DNA from: Lama guanicoe
Taxonomy: Eukaryota
Assembly: GCA_013239625.1 (NCBI GenBank)
Contig: MU053379.1
Span: forward strand, 4,769,639 to 4,833,638
Length of the DNA: 64,000 nt
Direction of reading: 5' to 3'
Shown in pieces: positions 49,311-62,640 of this stretch. Numbering within the stretch: the stretch's first letter is position 1; each line of letters starts with the position of its first letter. Made by a program: the position numbers and the translations under genes. The notes below the pieces were generated by a model. The model did no database searches, was not told where the DNA came from, and saw only the letters and a program-made list of their open reading frames with translations.

Positions 49311-51773
49311 CCCCTAGGCCCAGCCCAGCTCTGTCTGGCCTGAGTGCTGCCGTCTGTCACCCTGGTCTCCTGCCTGCTGCACCTGTGACCTCCGGCAGCC
49401 ACAGGGATGCTGAGCAGAGCCTTCTCCTTCCAGGCGCTCAGAATGTGCTGCCCCCTTTTCTGGCCCCTGGTGGGCACCTGCGCTCCTGTCGGGGCCGAGG
49501 CTCAGCCCAACACTGGGCCCAGGAAGCGGCCCCCACGGCCCTGCCTGGAGAGAGAGCCGTCCTGGCTTGGGTGACTCTGGTCAGCCACGTCCAGAGAGGA
49601 GCAGCAGACCTCGTGGTGGCCCCACGCAGGACAAAGGACCAGAAGGCCTCTGTTTTGTGCTGAGAGTGGGCGGAGCCAGGCCAGCACAGCCCCGCCCACA
49701 CCGCTGGGCAGTTGGGAGCAGAGCCCCGTCAGGTGGGCAGTGAGACTGACCGCGCCTCCCGCCTTCCCGAGTGTGAGCGCCTCGCTGACCCGCTCGCCCC
49801 CAGGCAGCCCCTCCCACCACCCACCGTCCACCGGGACCTCCGGCTGCCCCAGATCCTCTCAGCAGAGGGAGCGCACGTGTCCTGCTGAGTGGAAGGAATT
49901 CCAGGTGTTGGTGCAGGGGATGCTGGGTGGGGGCAGGGATGGGGTCTGTGCCGGCCCTGCCACGCCGACCACTCCCTGCAGGGTTCGGGCTTTGAGGCGC
50001 TTTGCAGCTCGAGGCTATGGAGTGCTGAGACGCCCTCACTGAAGCGGGGGAGCTCTGGCTGCTCTGCAAGACTCACTCTCCCTCCAGGTACTGTGAGGTC
50101 GGCTTTGCTGGAAGCGCTCGGTACACCAGCAGACCTGCACCGCGCAGCCCCTTGGTCTGAGGCTCGCGCGCTCACAGTCATCTGTAAATCTCGTTGAAGG
50201 TTAAATGCACTCACTTCCTGGGACGGGTTTCCTCCGGGGCGTGATGCCCACGTGGGCGCCCACTACTGTGAAGGCTGCTTCGTGGTGTAAGTGGATTTGT
50301 TCTAACTGGTTTTCCTCCCAAATCAAATATCCTTTGCCAACAGTCATCTCTTACATTAAAATAAGTTCCGGAGTTTCCAGGCGGCCTTGCACTGAAGTCT
50401 CCCTGCGGAGCTGCAGCTGGTCTGACTCCCTGGGCGCCCCTGCTGACCACGATGCAGGGCTCGGACGCTGTTCTAGTGGCCCCCTGAGTCCAGGGTCGTG
50501 GGCGAGGTGAAGCCAGGGCCCCGCAGCAGAGGCACGACTCACTCACAACCGGGTCAGGTAGGAGCAGGCTGAGCGGGTGGCATGCGCCCGGGCATCCCTC
50601 TGACCTGTGCCCCAGCAGTGGCTGGGCTGGTGGTGAGTTGTGAACCAGCCAGATGCCATCAAACGCTCGGGGTGCGAAGCGAACCTGCACGTGAATCAGG
50701 CGTCTCAGGAAGCGGGGCTGCCGCCGTCCGGGAAGCCGGTTTCTCCATCCTGCTGAGCGTTAGCAGGTGGGCAAAGCGTGCGTGCGGCCCAAGGCCGGGC
50801 CGGGCCAGGCCCCAAGGAGACATCTGTTTGTTGGCTCGTTTAAATCTCACAAAGGGTCATTCTACAAGATGCAAAAGGGTGATTTTTTTCCTTTAAAAAT
50901 GGACAAATGCCACTGGAAGACGTTAACACCGTCACGGCCGGGGGACGACGCCGGGAGAAGTGGGAACGCCTCACGTGCCACCAGGGAAGGGCTGGGGACC
51001 CTCTTTACAGGAAGGTCTGTTTTCAGTCCGTCTTCTGTGAGTTTGCCAAGCACAGGCTCTCTGGGCACTTCCGTACCAGCTCAGAGGCCTGACGTGTCCG
51101 CTGGCAGACGGGAGCAGGTCCTTCTCAGTCTCTGTCTCCACCCAGACAACGTGCCCCCGTCATTTCTAGGATGGAGAATCCAAGGCAGCGTCCGTGTCCA
51201 GGCCACGCGGGGCATCACACTCAGATGCGGTTTCCACGTCTGCTCCACGAGGCGCTGGGTTAACGCACAGCCTTTAAAGTGCTGATCACATTAGCACGTT
51301 GTCCGAGCGCCTGCGCTGCCCGGGGAGGCCAGCTCACGGGACGTGGGATCTCCGCCTGGAGGCCGGTGCCCGGGGAGACCCCTTCCTGCAAAGCAGAGTG
51401 AGTTACCCTTGTGATCTGTGCGGACGGTCGGCCCTGTGCCCAGGGCCCCGGGGGGCCCACTGGAGCGTTTTCTAATTAGTGAGGAAAATTGAAAGCAGAG
51501 GCAGATGGCTTACCGACTCTTCCACATAAACACGAAAAAAGTGAAAAAATGAGACTTCCGCAGGCTGGCACGCATCTGGAGGAACTTGCAGCTTTTAGGA
51601 AACGAAACGTATCTAGTTGTCTCCTGCTCTCAGTACCTAGTGTGTTTGCGCATTTCGTGTATTTCAGTACGTTGCACATTTTATTTTGTACTTTGTGTAG
51701 TAGTATATGTGTTTGGCTTTGAGTGTTCCTTTCTAAATCATACACTAAACCTCTTGAAAATTGCTATTTGGTT

Positions 51774-52090
51774 GTGCTGCTGGCTGTGTGTGTGTGTCCC
51801 CTCAGAATCCATATGTTGAAACCCCAGCCTCGGGGGTGGTGGCACCTGGAGGTGAGGCTCTGGGAGGTGACTGGAGTCAGATGAGGTCAGATGAGGTCAG
51901 ATGGGGCCAGTGGCCTTAAACACAGAGGAGGAGCGAGATCTGTCTGTCCAGTGCAGGCCCCAGGACGGGTGTGTGAGGACCCTCTCGGAAGCCACGCTCG
52001 CCCCTTGGTCGTGGGTTCCGGCCTCCGGATCTGTGGGGGGACACATCTCTCCGGGGTACCTGACGGCAGCTGTGCCGGCCCTGGGTGGCT
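51774..52090 (+). mobile_element. MaLR LTR (MLT1A/B-like)
   Basis: 'tgtgtcccctcagaatccatatgttgaaacccc...ggaggtgaggctctgggaggtgactgg' matches the MLT1A/B 5' end. Confidence 0.75.
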
Positions 52091-52204
52091 GCTGCGATGT
52101 CATTCGGGCGACACGGCTGAGCCCCATTTGTGGGCCCGCTGGCTGCACACGGCCAGGCCAGGCCATCTCTCTGCCCAGCTGCTCTCCCAATGGGAAGCTG
52201 CTTG

Positions 52205-52380
52205 GAGCACAGCCTGGAGACAGGGCTCTGGGGCCAGACTGGCTGCGTTCAGAATCCAGCTTTGCACTCAGTAGCCGTCTGGCCGTCAGACCTCAGTTCC
52301 CTCTCCTGAAAAGGGCAAAGGCGGTGACAATGCCCACCGTACAGAGTGGCCGGGACTTACCGACTGTGAGGTGCTTGGCC
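52205..52380 (+). mobile_element. MIR SINE
   Basis: 'ggctctggggccagactggctgcgttcagaatccagctttgcac...cctcagttccctctcctgaaaaggg'. Confidence 0.65.
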
Positions 52381-54142
52381 CCCCGGCCTCTGTGGGGTCC
52401 ATCCATCACGCTGCCAGCTGTACCCTGTGGAAGTCAAGAAGCCGTCCTCTCACATCGTCCGAGAGTCTCATGTGTGGGTTCGCCTCTGTGTGCTGCCTCT
52501 GCGAGCCCGGAGCTGCTCCTGGCAAACACTTGCACCTTCCCCCTGTGGCTCTGGTCCAGCAGGAGGGCCGGGGAGCGAGTGCCTGGGAGCAGCCGGGGAG
52601 CAGCGGTGGGCAGGGCACGGTGTACGAGGCCCCTCGGGTGGGGCAGCCCTGCGAGCAGGCTCCCGGGCCCAGCACCTGCAGCTCACACGCCCTGGGCCCT
52701 TCTCTGCTGCCACTTGCTCAGCTCTCCCTGCCCGGTGTTTCCAGAACCGCCTCCCAGATGAACTGTCTCCACTCCAGTCCTCGTCGTGGGGCCTGCCTGG
52801 CAGACTTGGGCGTCACCGTGGACGCTGAACTGGGGTCCCACCGGGATTGTGTGCTGAGGCAAGCACCACCCCCGGCCAGTGAGGCGGGCTGGCCGTGTCA
52901 CTGGGGGGCAGCATCCCTTGGGAAGGGGCCTCGCCTGTGCGTGTGGTCGCCCCTGGGACTCACAGAGCGTCACGCCTCCCAGGATGAGTCATCTCCCGGG
53001 CACCGAGGGGAGGGAGTCTCAGGGAGACAGACGCGCGCGTCCTCACAAAGGCATCCTCCCCTGCGGAGCCACCTGGGGAAGAAGGTGACTTTGGAACAGC
53101 CACCCGTCGGCCTCCGAGGGCACTTCAGTGATTTCATAGACAGAGGTCGTCCCCTGGGCCTCCCTCCCAGAATCTCGTAAGAACACGTAACTCGCGTTCC
53201 AGACCAAACGCCCCTCCCCAAGTGCAGTGGCATTTGGCTTTTGGCCAGGAAGGCGTGGACCCCTGCCGGGCTGTCCTCAGCCACTGAAGGTGACAAGTCA
53301 AAGTAAGACGGGTGTCGGCAGCTGAAGCGCAGAGCGTCATCGGACTCCTGCTCCCAGGGTGTCTGGAAAGCACCTGCATTTACATTTATTCTACCTTAAA
53401 CTCTGACCAGTTAAGACCTTCAGTGGACATCAACGTAACTCTGACAGAGCCGTGCCACGCTCTTTCGGACGTCATGGCGTGAAGTATGTCGCAGCCGTGC
53501 GCCACGTTTTGGGGGTCCTTTATCCCCGCTGTGTGAACAGGCTTTGCCCCAGATGTGTGTCTGGGTCCCAGCGGCTCTGTGGTCTTCCAGCACCTGGTGA
53601 GCGAACCGCCGCCCCCTCCTCTGAGCCGCTCCCTCCTGTGGGCCGCGGAGGGAGGCTGGCTTCCCTCACCAGAGCAAAGGCTGCTGGTGGCTGGGGGTTG
53701 ATGAGGTGGTTCTGCCTGGATCGATCACCAGGGCGTGAGAAGGACGCAGCTGACAAGACTGGTTAATTAACCAACTACTGTGTAGGTGGTACCAGCAAGG
53801 TGAAGGGGAAAGACTGGGGAAGATGAGCCAGAACCAGGAGAGAGGCCAGTGCCCCAGATCCGTATCCTGGCGTCCAGAACCGCCGTGCTCACAGCAGGCG
53901 CGCAGGAGGAACACAGTCAGCACCGTGACTCACCGTGTCCACACGGTAAAAATAGCCCGGGCTCCTGAGACGCTCGCCCGTCTCTGCTCCTGAGATGAGA
54001 CGCAGAGTCCTCACGGAAACAGCACTGCACAGCCCCCCGGACCCCCCCCAGGGGCCTCCCCACCGCTCCCGGGCCCCCTGCCCGGCCCCAGCCTTCCCAC
54101 GGCCCCACCTGCGCGGCTCACCTGTGAGACGCACCGCTGCCT

Positions 54143-54163
54143 CCCAGCACCAAGGACAGCGCC
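54143..54163 (+). promoter_or_regulatory. REST/NRSF binding site (RE1/NRSE)
   Basis: CCCAGCACCAAGGACAGCGCC versus canonical TTCAGCACCACGGACAGCGCC: 18/21, both half-site cores and the 2-bp spacer intact. Confidence 0.75.
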
Positions 54164-56907
54164 TGGCCCCGCGCAGGCGCTCGGTCTGTGTTGCTGGATG
54201 AGTGGGTTGAAGACTCTCCTTCCGTCAGGTCTGCTCCTGACAAAGACGCCGCCTGGGCTCCAGCCGAGCAGCTCGTGCCACAGGCGTGCTTGGCGGGTGG
54301 GTCTGGAGTGGCCTGTTCCAGAGCAATGCAGGCCGCGGCGTCTTTACCCCGAGGCTCAGGGAAAGATGCCGTGTAAATGGGACCATGTAAATAACAAAAA
54401 TGTTCAAGGAAGCCCATGGAAGGAAAACAGGGAGTGGCGGGGGCTGAGACAGAGTGCAGAAACGCGCGCGGGCCGCCCGCGGGCTGACCGGCCCCGCCCT
54501 GCGCCTGGGGCCCCGTCTGTGGCTGCGAGGCCATGTGGGGGCCGGTCCTGGGGTTGTATCTTCTCTATTGTGAAGCACAGACATTCTTAAGTTTGCTGCC
54601 TTCTTCAGAGCGGGTCAGGACCCAGAGTTGAAATCTGTAGTTCATGAAGAGTAGCTTTAACTTCAGGGAAGTAAAAACAGGTCAGCGGCGCTGGAGCACA
54701 GAAAGTTCGGGGTCGCAGCTGAGGTGCAGAACTAGACGGGGCTGGTGTTTGCTGGGCCTCCTGGGCCTTGGTCGGCACCCAGGACCGGCGTCCCTGGTGG
54801 GATTTACCCGAGTGTCACCAGATCACAGTGTTTCTGGAAGACCCCTGTGGCCACCGCCCCTGCTGGGAACAGGTGTGGGAGGAGCCGGGAGACGGTGAGA
54901 CAGCCTGGGTCCCAGACGGGAATCACAGGACTTTCAGTGACTCGATTTCCACGATGAGAAGGAGGAGGGGGTAAAACAGGCTCCCAGGTCTGGGACTTGG
55001 ACAGGTGGCCAGGGGGTGGGCGTTGACAGACACAGGCAGGGAGAGGAGCCAGCAGGGGGCCTGGCATGCATTGAGTCTGATGCTTTGAGAGGTCCTGGTG
55101 GGGGTCTGTTTGTGGCACGTGGGTGGCAGTTGGCACCCGGGGAACAGGGACGTTATGCGGGAGGAAGGATTAAACCCAGCACCCAGGGCTGGATGGCGGA
55201 GGGTAACCTGGCAAAGGGTGGGGAGGCCTGGGATGAGTGGGCCTGGAATGAGGGGGCCGGGGTATGGGAGGGCCTGGGCCTGCTGTCAGGAAACCAATCC
55301 AGGTTTGGGGGAAGAAGGCCCCCGGAGACGGAGCGTGGCAGCAGCCCTCCCTGATGCCGCCAGCATCCTGGTGTAGCATCACACTGTTCCCCTGAAAGCT
55401 GGACGAATAAAATCTCAAACTTACACTTTCCAAAATTCAAGTCTCTGGAAGTCCTGTAACCAGGAAAGGTCCTGACCTGGACTGGCCTGTGGCCTCACTC
55501 CAGGGCAGTGGTGCCCCTGGACCCACCCTGCAAGTTGACGTGGTCGCCACGGCCAGCGGCCACCCCGATCAGCTGGTCTGTTGGCCAGACGAGGAGAGCA
55601 GCAAGGCGACAGGCAGGTAGCTGCAGCCTGGGTCCTCGTCCGCCCGGGGGGAACATGAGAACAAGCACTGGCTGGGGGGTTTGGGTGCAGGTGGCTTTCT
55701 GGGGAAATGACTCAGGGACGAGAGGGTGCAGGCGAGGGGAAGGGTGGTGACAATCAGTGGCTCCTTAGCAAGAGTCTGCGCACGGGCAACCGGTCCAGCC
55801 CGAGGGTGGTCCCGGCACCACCGGGGTCCTCGGTGCCGAGGTCACTCCTGGGCCGCTGACCCTCCCCCCAGCCGGCAGGCACGCGGGCCAGACCACACCT
55901 TCTGCGGCGCCCGCTGCAGGATGGGCATCGCGGGCGTACAGGCCGGTGGTCAGTGTCTGCCGCAGCAGGCTCAGGAGCTGTTCCTGGGTTCTCCTGAGGG
56001 AGGAGCCAATGAGAATCGGCGAAAGCCCGGTCTTTTGCGGGAGATGCTGCTGCTGGGGGCTCACTCCTAAGGCCCCTCCTTTGTGTGGATCCGGTCCGAG
56101 CCTGTTCCTCTGCACTAGCAGGAACCCAGACCTGGCCACAATCAGAGGGCTGTGAGCTCGGGAGCCCAGGGAGGGGCCGCGGGGCTGGGAAGAAGCCCCT
56201 CCCTGCACCAGCACAGCACACAGGGCAGGTGTCGGCGAGGCCGCAGGCTCCCCTGGTTGCTTCTGAGGACGTCCCTGCTGGAGAAAAGAAAGTGCGCCCC
56301 AGCAAGTGTGAGCCGGGTGCTTGCACCCGGACCGGCCTCCTCTGCTGTCCGACCAGGCCGTCTGTCTCCTGGTCCAGGACACACTGTGGACAGTTTGCCC
56401 AGAACTTGTGGACCCATGCAAGGGTCTCATCACTAAGAAGGGCAGGGGGTGGGCAGGAAGTGCACTGTTCTCGCAAATCCAGGACTCGCTAAGCAGGAAG
56501 GTCGGGGGCCGTGGTCCCTCGTAAGAGCCCCGCCCAAGGGGCTGCTCAGGGGTAACTGGAGTGGAGGGTCTGGGTCTCCCTGAGACACGTCTGGGCTTAA
56601 AAGCAAAGTCCAATAAAAAAGGAAAAAACTGCCTGAGGAGAGGAGAGGCTAAAACACGGACAAGGGAGGTGGGAAAGATGCAGCAAGACGACCACACAGT
56701 GGTAACAGTGGGGAAACGGGGAGTTAAAATAAGGAGATAATATTGTAACTGTCAAATCACTCAAAGCCCCAAGAAAGAAACAGTTCGATGAGATTTTAAA
56801 AAGACTGACAATACCTGTTAAAAATAAGCAAACAAAAAACAGAACCAACACAATTAGGGAGGAAGTCTCAAAGTTAAAGATGGTAATTTAAAATAAAAGC
56901 CAAAAAC

Positions 56908-57775
56908 ATCAGTATCACTAACTATCAGAGAAATGCAAATCAAAACTACAACGAGGCATCACCTCACACTAGTCAGAATGGCCATCATTCAAAAGTCCAC
57001 AAATGACAAATGCTGGAGAGGCTGTGGAGAAAGGGGAGCCCTCCTACACCGCTGGTGGGGATGCAGTTTGGTGCAGCCACTGTGGAGAACAGTATGGAGA
57101 TTCCTCAAAAGACTAGGAATAGACTTACCATATGACCCAGGAATCCCGCCCCTGGGCATAAATCCAGAAGGAACCCTACTTCAGGATGACACCTGCACCC
57201 CAATGTTCATAGCAGCACTATTTACAATAGCCAAGACATGGAAACAGCCTAAATGTCCATCAACAGATGACTGGATAAAGAAGATGTGATATATTTACAC
57301 AATGGAATACTATTCAGCTATAAAAAAGTAATACAATAATGCCATTTGCAGCAACATGGATGGACCTGGAGATCATCATTCTAAGTGAAGTAAGTCAGAC
57401 AGAGAAAGAAAAATACTACATGATATTACTTATATGTGGGATCTAAAAAAAAAAGGAAAGAAAAAAACAGGACACTAATGAACTCATCTACAAAACAGAA
57501 ACAGACTCACAGACACAGTAAACAATCTTATGATTACCAGGGAAAGGGAGTGGGAAGGGATAAATTAGGGAGCTTGAGATTTACAAATGTAAGCCACTAT
57601 ATATAAAAACTGATTTTAAAAAAAGGTTTCTTCTCTATAGCACAGGGAATCATGTTCAATACCTTGTAATAACCTTTAGTGAAAATGAATGTATGCATGT
57701 ACATGCATGACTGGGACACTGTGCTGCACACCAGAAATTGACACATTGTAACTGACTGGACTTCAATGAAAAATA
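56908..57775 (+). mobile_element. Relatively young 5'-truncated L1 (ORF2 C-terminus plus 3'UTR) with TSD
   Basis: ORF 56933-57289 [35 protein letters not shown]...CTPMFIAALFTIAKTWKQPKCPS is the L1 ORF2 C-terminal Cys-rich region. TSD aaataaaagccaaaaac (56891-56907) / aaataaaagcagaaaac (57776-57792). Confidence 0.95.
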
Positions 57776-59195
57776 AAATAAAAGCAGAAAACAAACGAGC
57801 ACTCAAATTTTCCAACAAGACTAGGAATTGGGAGCAAAATGCAGCTCTTCAAAAGTGATAAAAAAAAAATAAAGACATGATTTTTCTGGCTCCCAGGCCC
57901 ACCTTCCCCACAGGCCCACTTGGGAAAAATAGAACTGAAGGAAAAAGGAAATAAATAGGGACAGAAGTAAGGAGCCTAAGATTAAATAAAGAGCATTGCT
58001 GCCAGGCCCGTGAGAAATAAAAACACGGTTACCCAGAAGCCAAGCCCCGCGGCAGGATGCGTTCATAGTGATTTGAGGAAGTAACACGGTGTAGAAAGAC
58101 TATAAATGAAGTGTGTGAAGGATTCCGCAGGCTCGAGGTGCAACTCTGTCCGGGGTGAGCGTCAGTTCACTGGATGATGTCCCTGGGATTTTTGCAGAAA
58201 CCCCTGGTGCAGACACCAGTCACTCGGAGTTTACGGCCCAGTGGGCTACAGGTGTGCTCTGCTTCACCCGAGAGGGCTTCCAGGGACTCAGCAAAGGCGC
58301 ACACATGCGCACACGTGCACACACGCACAATCTCAGTTAGCTGTGATTTTAGGATAAATCTGGAGCTCTAGTTCCCCATGTGCTCTGGGCTCAATCTCCC
58401 ATTTATCACCGGTGGTACTGCCCCCCTCCTGTGCTGGTGTCGGCGATCCAGCCTTGCCCGGTGCCTACTTCTTCTAACTTCGGGGCCTGCTCTGTTGGAG
58501 CCCCCCAGCTAAGAACAGAGGAGGCTCCCAGTCCCGTGGGCTGCATGGACCATGGGGCGTCTGCAGGGCGGGGGGCGTGAGGACTGGGGCCTGTGCTCTG
58601 GATTCCCCGGAGCCATCAGGGGAGGAGCGGCGATGGCGTGAGGCTGGAGCAGTGTCTGTGTCCGGGAGGCGGGGAGCTGGGCAGGGCTGGCGGGGCCGGT
58701 GGTGAGAGAGGCCGTCGCTCAGAGGCAAAGCCTGAAGGCATTTTTGCAGCTGCAGTAGGTGTCGTGCAGAAACCAGTTTTCCAGTAGGAATTCTGCTGTC
58801 CTGGTGGAAACACTGGATCACCTGGTGATCCCTTTTCTCACTTCCTAGGATGCAACCAACCTTTCAGCAAAATGTTTTTGTCAAGAGAGACGCCTCGTTC
58901 CGACAGAAAGCTCAGTCTTCCAAAGCTCCTGGAGACGCTTAGCTGCCTGGCGCCCGTCCAGCTCCAGCCGAGTTCTGAAGCAGTATTTCGCGCACGTGTG
59001 TATGTGTATGTGTGACTTTAAGCAAGGGCAGCAATGGTACTCAACCGGGAGGCTGATCAGAAGCAACACATCCTGAGGTTCTTGTATTTTCTGCAAAGTG
59101 GTAAAAGAACGAACTTATATTCCACTCAAATAACTCAAATGCACCATATTTTATTGACTTGGACGCCAAAGTCCTGGCTTCCTTTTTTGAAGTCA

Positions 59196-59832
59196 TTTTT
59201 TTATTGTGGCGAAACACACCTTATGTAAGATTCACCATTTTAACCGATTTTGAAGTGCAGCTTAGTAACATTGAGCACATTAACAGCGCTGAGCGAGCGT
59301 CACCCCAGCCGTCTCCAGAGCCTCTCCATCCTCCCAAGTTGAAACTTACATCCACGGAACAGCGATCCCCGCCCCTCCCAGACCCCCTAGCCGCCGCCCC
59401 GCCTTCTGTCTCTGTGCATTCGACAGCCAGGTACTTCGTGGAAGTGGAAGCAGACGGTGTTTGTCCTTTGGTGTCTGGCTGATCTCGCTCAGCATGATGC
59501 TTCCAGCTTTCGCCCATGTGGGTGCAGGTGCAGAATTCCCTTCCTTTTTAAGGCTGAGTAATGTTCCACGGTGTCTAGATCACGCTTGGTTTATCCGTGC
59601 ACCTGCTGATGGACACCTGGGCTGCTTCCAGCGTGAAAACTGCTGCTGTGAGCACGGTGCGCACACGCCTCCCTGAGGCCCTGCTTTCAGCTCTTCCGGA
59701 TAATTACCCGAAAGTGGGAGTGCTGGGTCGTGCGTAGCTCGGTTTCATTTCTGAGGAACCACCATGCTGTCTTCTGTGGTAGCTGCACCCTTTGACGTGC
59801 CCACCAGCAGTACATAGGGGCCCTGATTTCTC
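59196..59832 (-). mobile_element. L1 3' end (L1MB-like), antisense
   Basis: 'ttttttattgtgg...ttcaccattttaacc', 'ttcctttttaaggctgagtaatgttcca' and 'gatggacacctgggctgcttcca'. Confidence 0.88.
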
Positions 59833-60284
59833 TGAAACAATGGTTACCTTTGCTAGGATAACAAAATACTAAGTAGTGGACGAAACTATCAGTGAGAATT
59901 CCCACGCCCTCAGCTCGGGGCCTAGCACCGCATCCGCGCCCCCAGCCTGCCCCCGAGGCAGTGCGCGCCCACCTGCCTCTCCCAACGCCCCGCCGCCCCT
60001 TGACGCCCACTTACTTCTGGCTCTGCGCAGTGGACTCTGTGCTTTGGGAGGGTGGGCTGTGGCTTACCTGGGGCCCGAATTCAGGGTGCCAGGTCCCGTC
60101 TCCTGCCCCCGTGCAGCCGTCCGGGGGTGTAGGCTTCGGCTCTCGTCGGTCACTCTTGTCGCTGCGCCTGGGCTCGTCTTCCTCCCGCAGGAGGAGGCGG
60201 CGGGCGGCACACCTGCCCCTCCCTCCCTCGTCCCTGTGCCTTCCCGGCGGGGTTGACGGTGTCCTTGCCTTGCCTGGAGCGCGT

Positions 60285-60500
60285 GAGTCCAGCTCAGTGC
60301 CTGTGCCAGACCCTGAAGTCAGGCGCCCGGGCCGGGCCTGGCTTGCTCCCAGGCGAGACACGGAGCCAGTCACTCAGCCTCTTAGTCCTCAGTTTCCGCG
60401 TTGATGGAATAAGGATATGGGAGAACGTGCCTCGGGGTCGTTGTGAAAATTAAACGGAACGAACCTCATCAGGGTTTTAGCTCCACGCCTGACGTGCAGG
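60285..60500 (+). mobile_element. MIR SINE
   Basis: 'cactcagcctcttagtcctcagtttccgcgttgatggaataagg...ggtcgttgtgaaaattaaacg'. Confidence 0.6.
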
Positions 60501-60949
60501 GAATCCCAGCGCTTGGTGGCCAAGGCGATGGTGATGATGGTGACGGAGACCTGGTGGCCTTTAAAATCTGTTTCTCGTTATGTGGATTCCAGCTGCTCAA
60601 TTATCAAACGCTGTCGCCCGGACTCCGTAAACCCACGTTGGGTGAAACACTGTCTCCTCCTGACCGGCTGCCGGTGTCCGACCCGCGGTGCCCGAGAAGC
60701 ATTCTCAGTGTCTCGGTCAAATGGGCTCTGTCTTCTGACGTCCGTGGCTCCCCAGGAGAATGGGGACCTTTGGTTTCTGTGTGTGCACAAGACGGCATTC
60801 TGGTAGCGCTTCCGGTTGTGTGGTTTCCTTCTGGAGTCACTAAATGACCTTGTCGGGACCTCGAGGGCAAACGTGTGCCTTCTCCCAGCATCGCGGGGGT
60901 CGCAGTGTCGCGTTTGCTCTCTTTCCCGCTCTCGGAGGCGGCCTCCGTG

Positions 60950-62640
60950 GAGCCCAGATGGCGGGTGGGGCTGGGCAGCCTGGGCAGGACAGCTGGGGCT
61001 TCTTTTCACCCACTTCTGGAGTTATTCGCTGTTTCTTCTATCCCTGTTCACCCACTTCCTTAGTTCTCCGCTGTCCTTTCTTTCCGGAGTCAGTGTACGA
61101 GCTCCTTAGTCAGAGGGTGCGTGTGAGCTGAATTCTCTGAGCGCTGGAGGACCGATCGCTGTCATTCTGTCTCCCTTTTCTCTGGGCTCACGCCTGAACG
61201 CTTGCCTGCTCGGCTGCGCAACCTACAGTTTTCCTCCCAGCTTTGAAGGCTTTACGCCCACGGTCTTTCTGGCCTGTGCTGTCCTAGTGGAAGCCTGCTG
61301 TCAGCCCACGCGCCCCCGCGCCCTCGGCCGCACCCATCCTCCCTTCTCTTGGATTTCGTTAAGTGTTGGATACAGCTGTCTTTCCCAGGAAGACCCGTAA
61401 CATTCCTTTAGCAATAGTTTAGTGACGTCTTCGAGAGAGGGAAGATCATCAGTGTGCCAAGCGGTCCGTCCGGAGTCCGGAGCCTGGCGGGGTCCCGGGT
61501 GCCCTGCCCTCCTCGGGGCCACCAGCGGGCGGGTTGCGGAGAACCACCCTGGTGGGTCGTTCTCTGCACTGTGCCTCCGGTCCCTAGTCCTCTGTCTCTG
61601 ACCCCTTCTCGGTCGCCGCCTTTCCCTCTGTTGTTACGACTTCGTTGACTTGGGGGTTGATGCATCCTGTTTAGCCTTTATTGTCCTAAGTGACGCGTTT
61701 AAGGCTCGCTTCCAGCCGGGTCGCCCTTCGCCGGCACTGCCAGACTTTGATAAGTAGTTGGTCTTCATCTGCGGCTTTTCCAGCACGATTCAGTTCTCAA
61801 TAGTTGTGTATTTTGTTACGATTCTTCTTCGGTCCGTTGGTTGTGAAAGTGTTTCTCTTTTTTCTTCACTTCCAAAGAAGAGTGGTTTTTATGAAGCGTA
61901 TTGACTTTTACATCAACCGTGTTGTGGTTACAGAACGTGGCCTTCAAGGTACTAACTGTGTGCGATGTGGTGGCACTTCCTGGCTTGGTCCTTTGATCCA
62001 CTTCTGGAAAGGAGGGAGGGAGGGAGGGAAGGTGAGGAGAAACAGGAAAGGAAAGAACACCTGGGCTGGGAAGAGTCTCCTCCGGTTTTGGGTGCAGCCC
62101 TTACGCACGCCAGCTGGTCGAAACTGTTGTTGTGTTGTTGACGAAGAGGCCGCATTATCCCCGTGAGCCTGTCGATCCTGCCCGGGAAGCGGTGGGGCGA
62201 GCTGCTGTGTGCCCGGGGCGTGCGCGGGGCCAGGCGGGAGGCTCTGGCCGGGCCGTGCTGGGCGCTGGCGTCGCCGCCACCTGGCGCCTGCTTCGTTTAG
62301 ACTCATTAAGCTCCTCCGGGTCATTTTCCGCCCAGGACTCTCCTTGTGCGTCTTCCCACCCCTTTGCTTTCAGTGCTTCCGTGTGTCTCCGGTAAACAGG
62401 CAGCGTACGTCCGGATACTCCTTCAAATCCAGAGGGAAGACTTGGTTCACTGCACTCCTCACGAATCAGCGCCGCTGCGAGCACCGACGGCTTTCACTGC
62501 CGGTCTCGATCTTTTGTGTTTGTTTGCCCTGCCTTCTCTTTGCAGGCGCATGCATTTTTTCTCTCTCCTGGTTTGAAATGCGTGTTCTGTTTGGTAGTTA
62601 TCCTTGAAATCTTCGCAGGCACAGTTGACCTAAGTCTAAA
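60950..62640 (-). mobile_element. Patchwork of very old antisense L1 remnants (ORF1/ORF2 5' regions)
   Basis: T-rich strand. Motifs such as 'ttttcctcccagctttgaagg...tctggcctgtgctgtcctagtggaagcctgctgtcag' and 'ttcccacccctttgctttcagtgcttccgtgtgtc' resemble reverse L1. Confidence 0.45.

Noticed and set aside
56933..57289. 118-aa ORF with real protein similarity
   Set aside because: C-terminal piece of L1 ORF2 in a 5'-truncated insertion; not a host gene.
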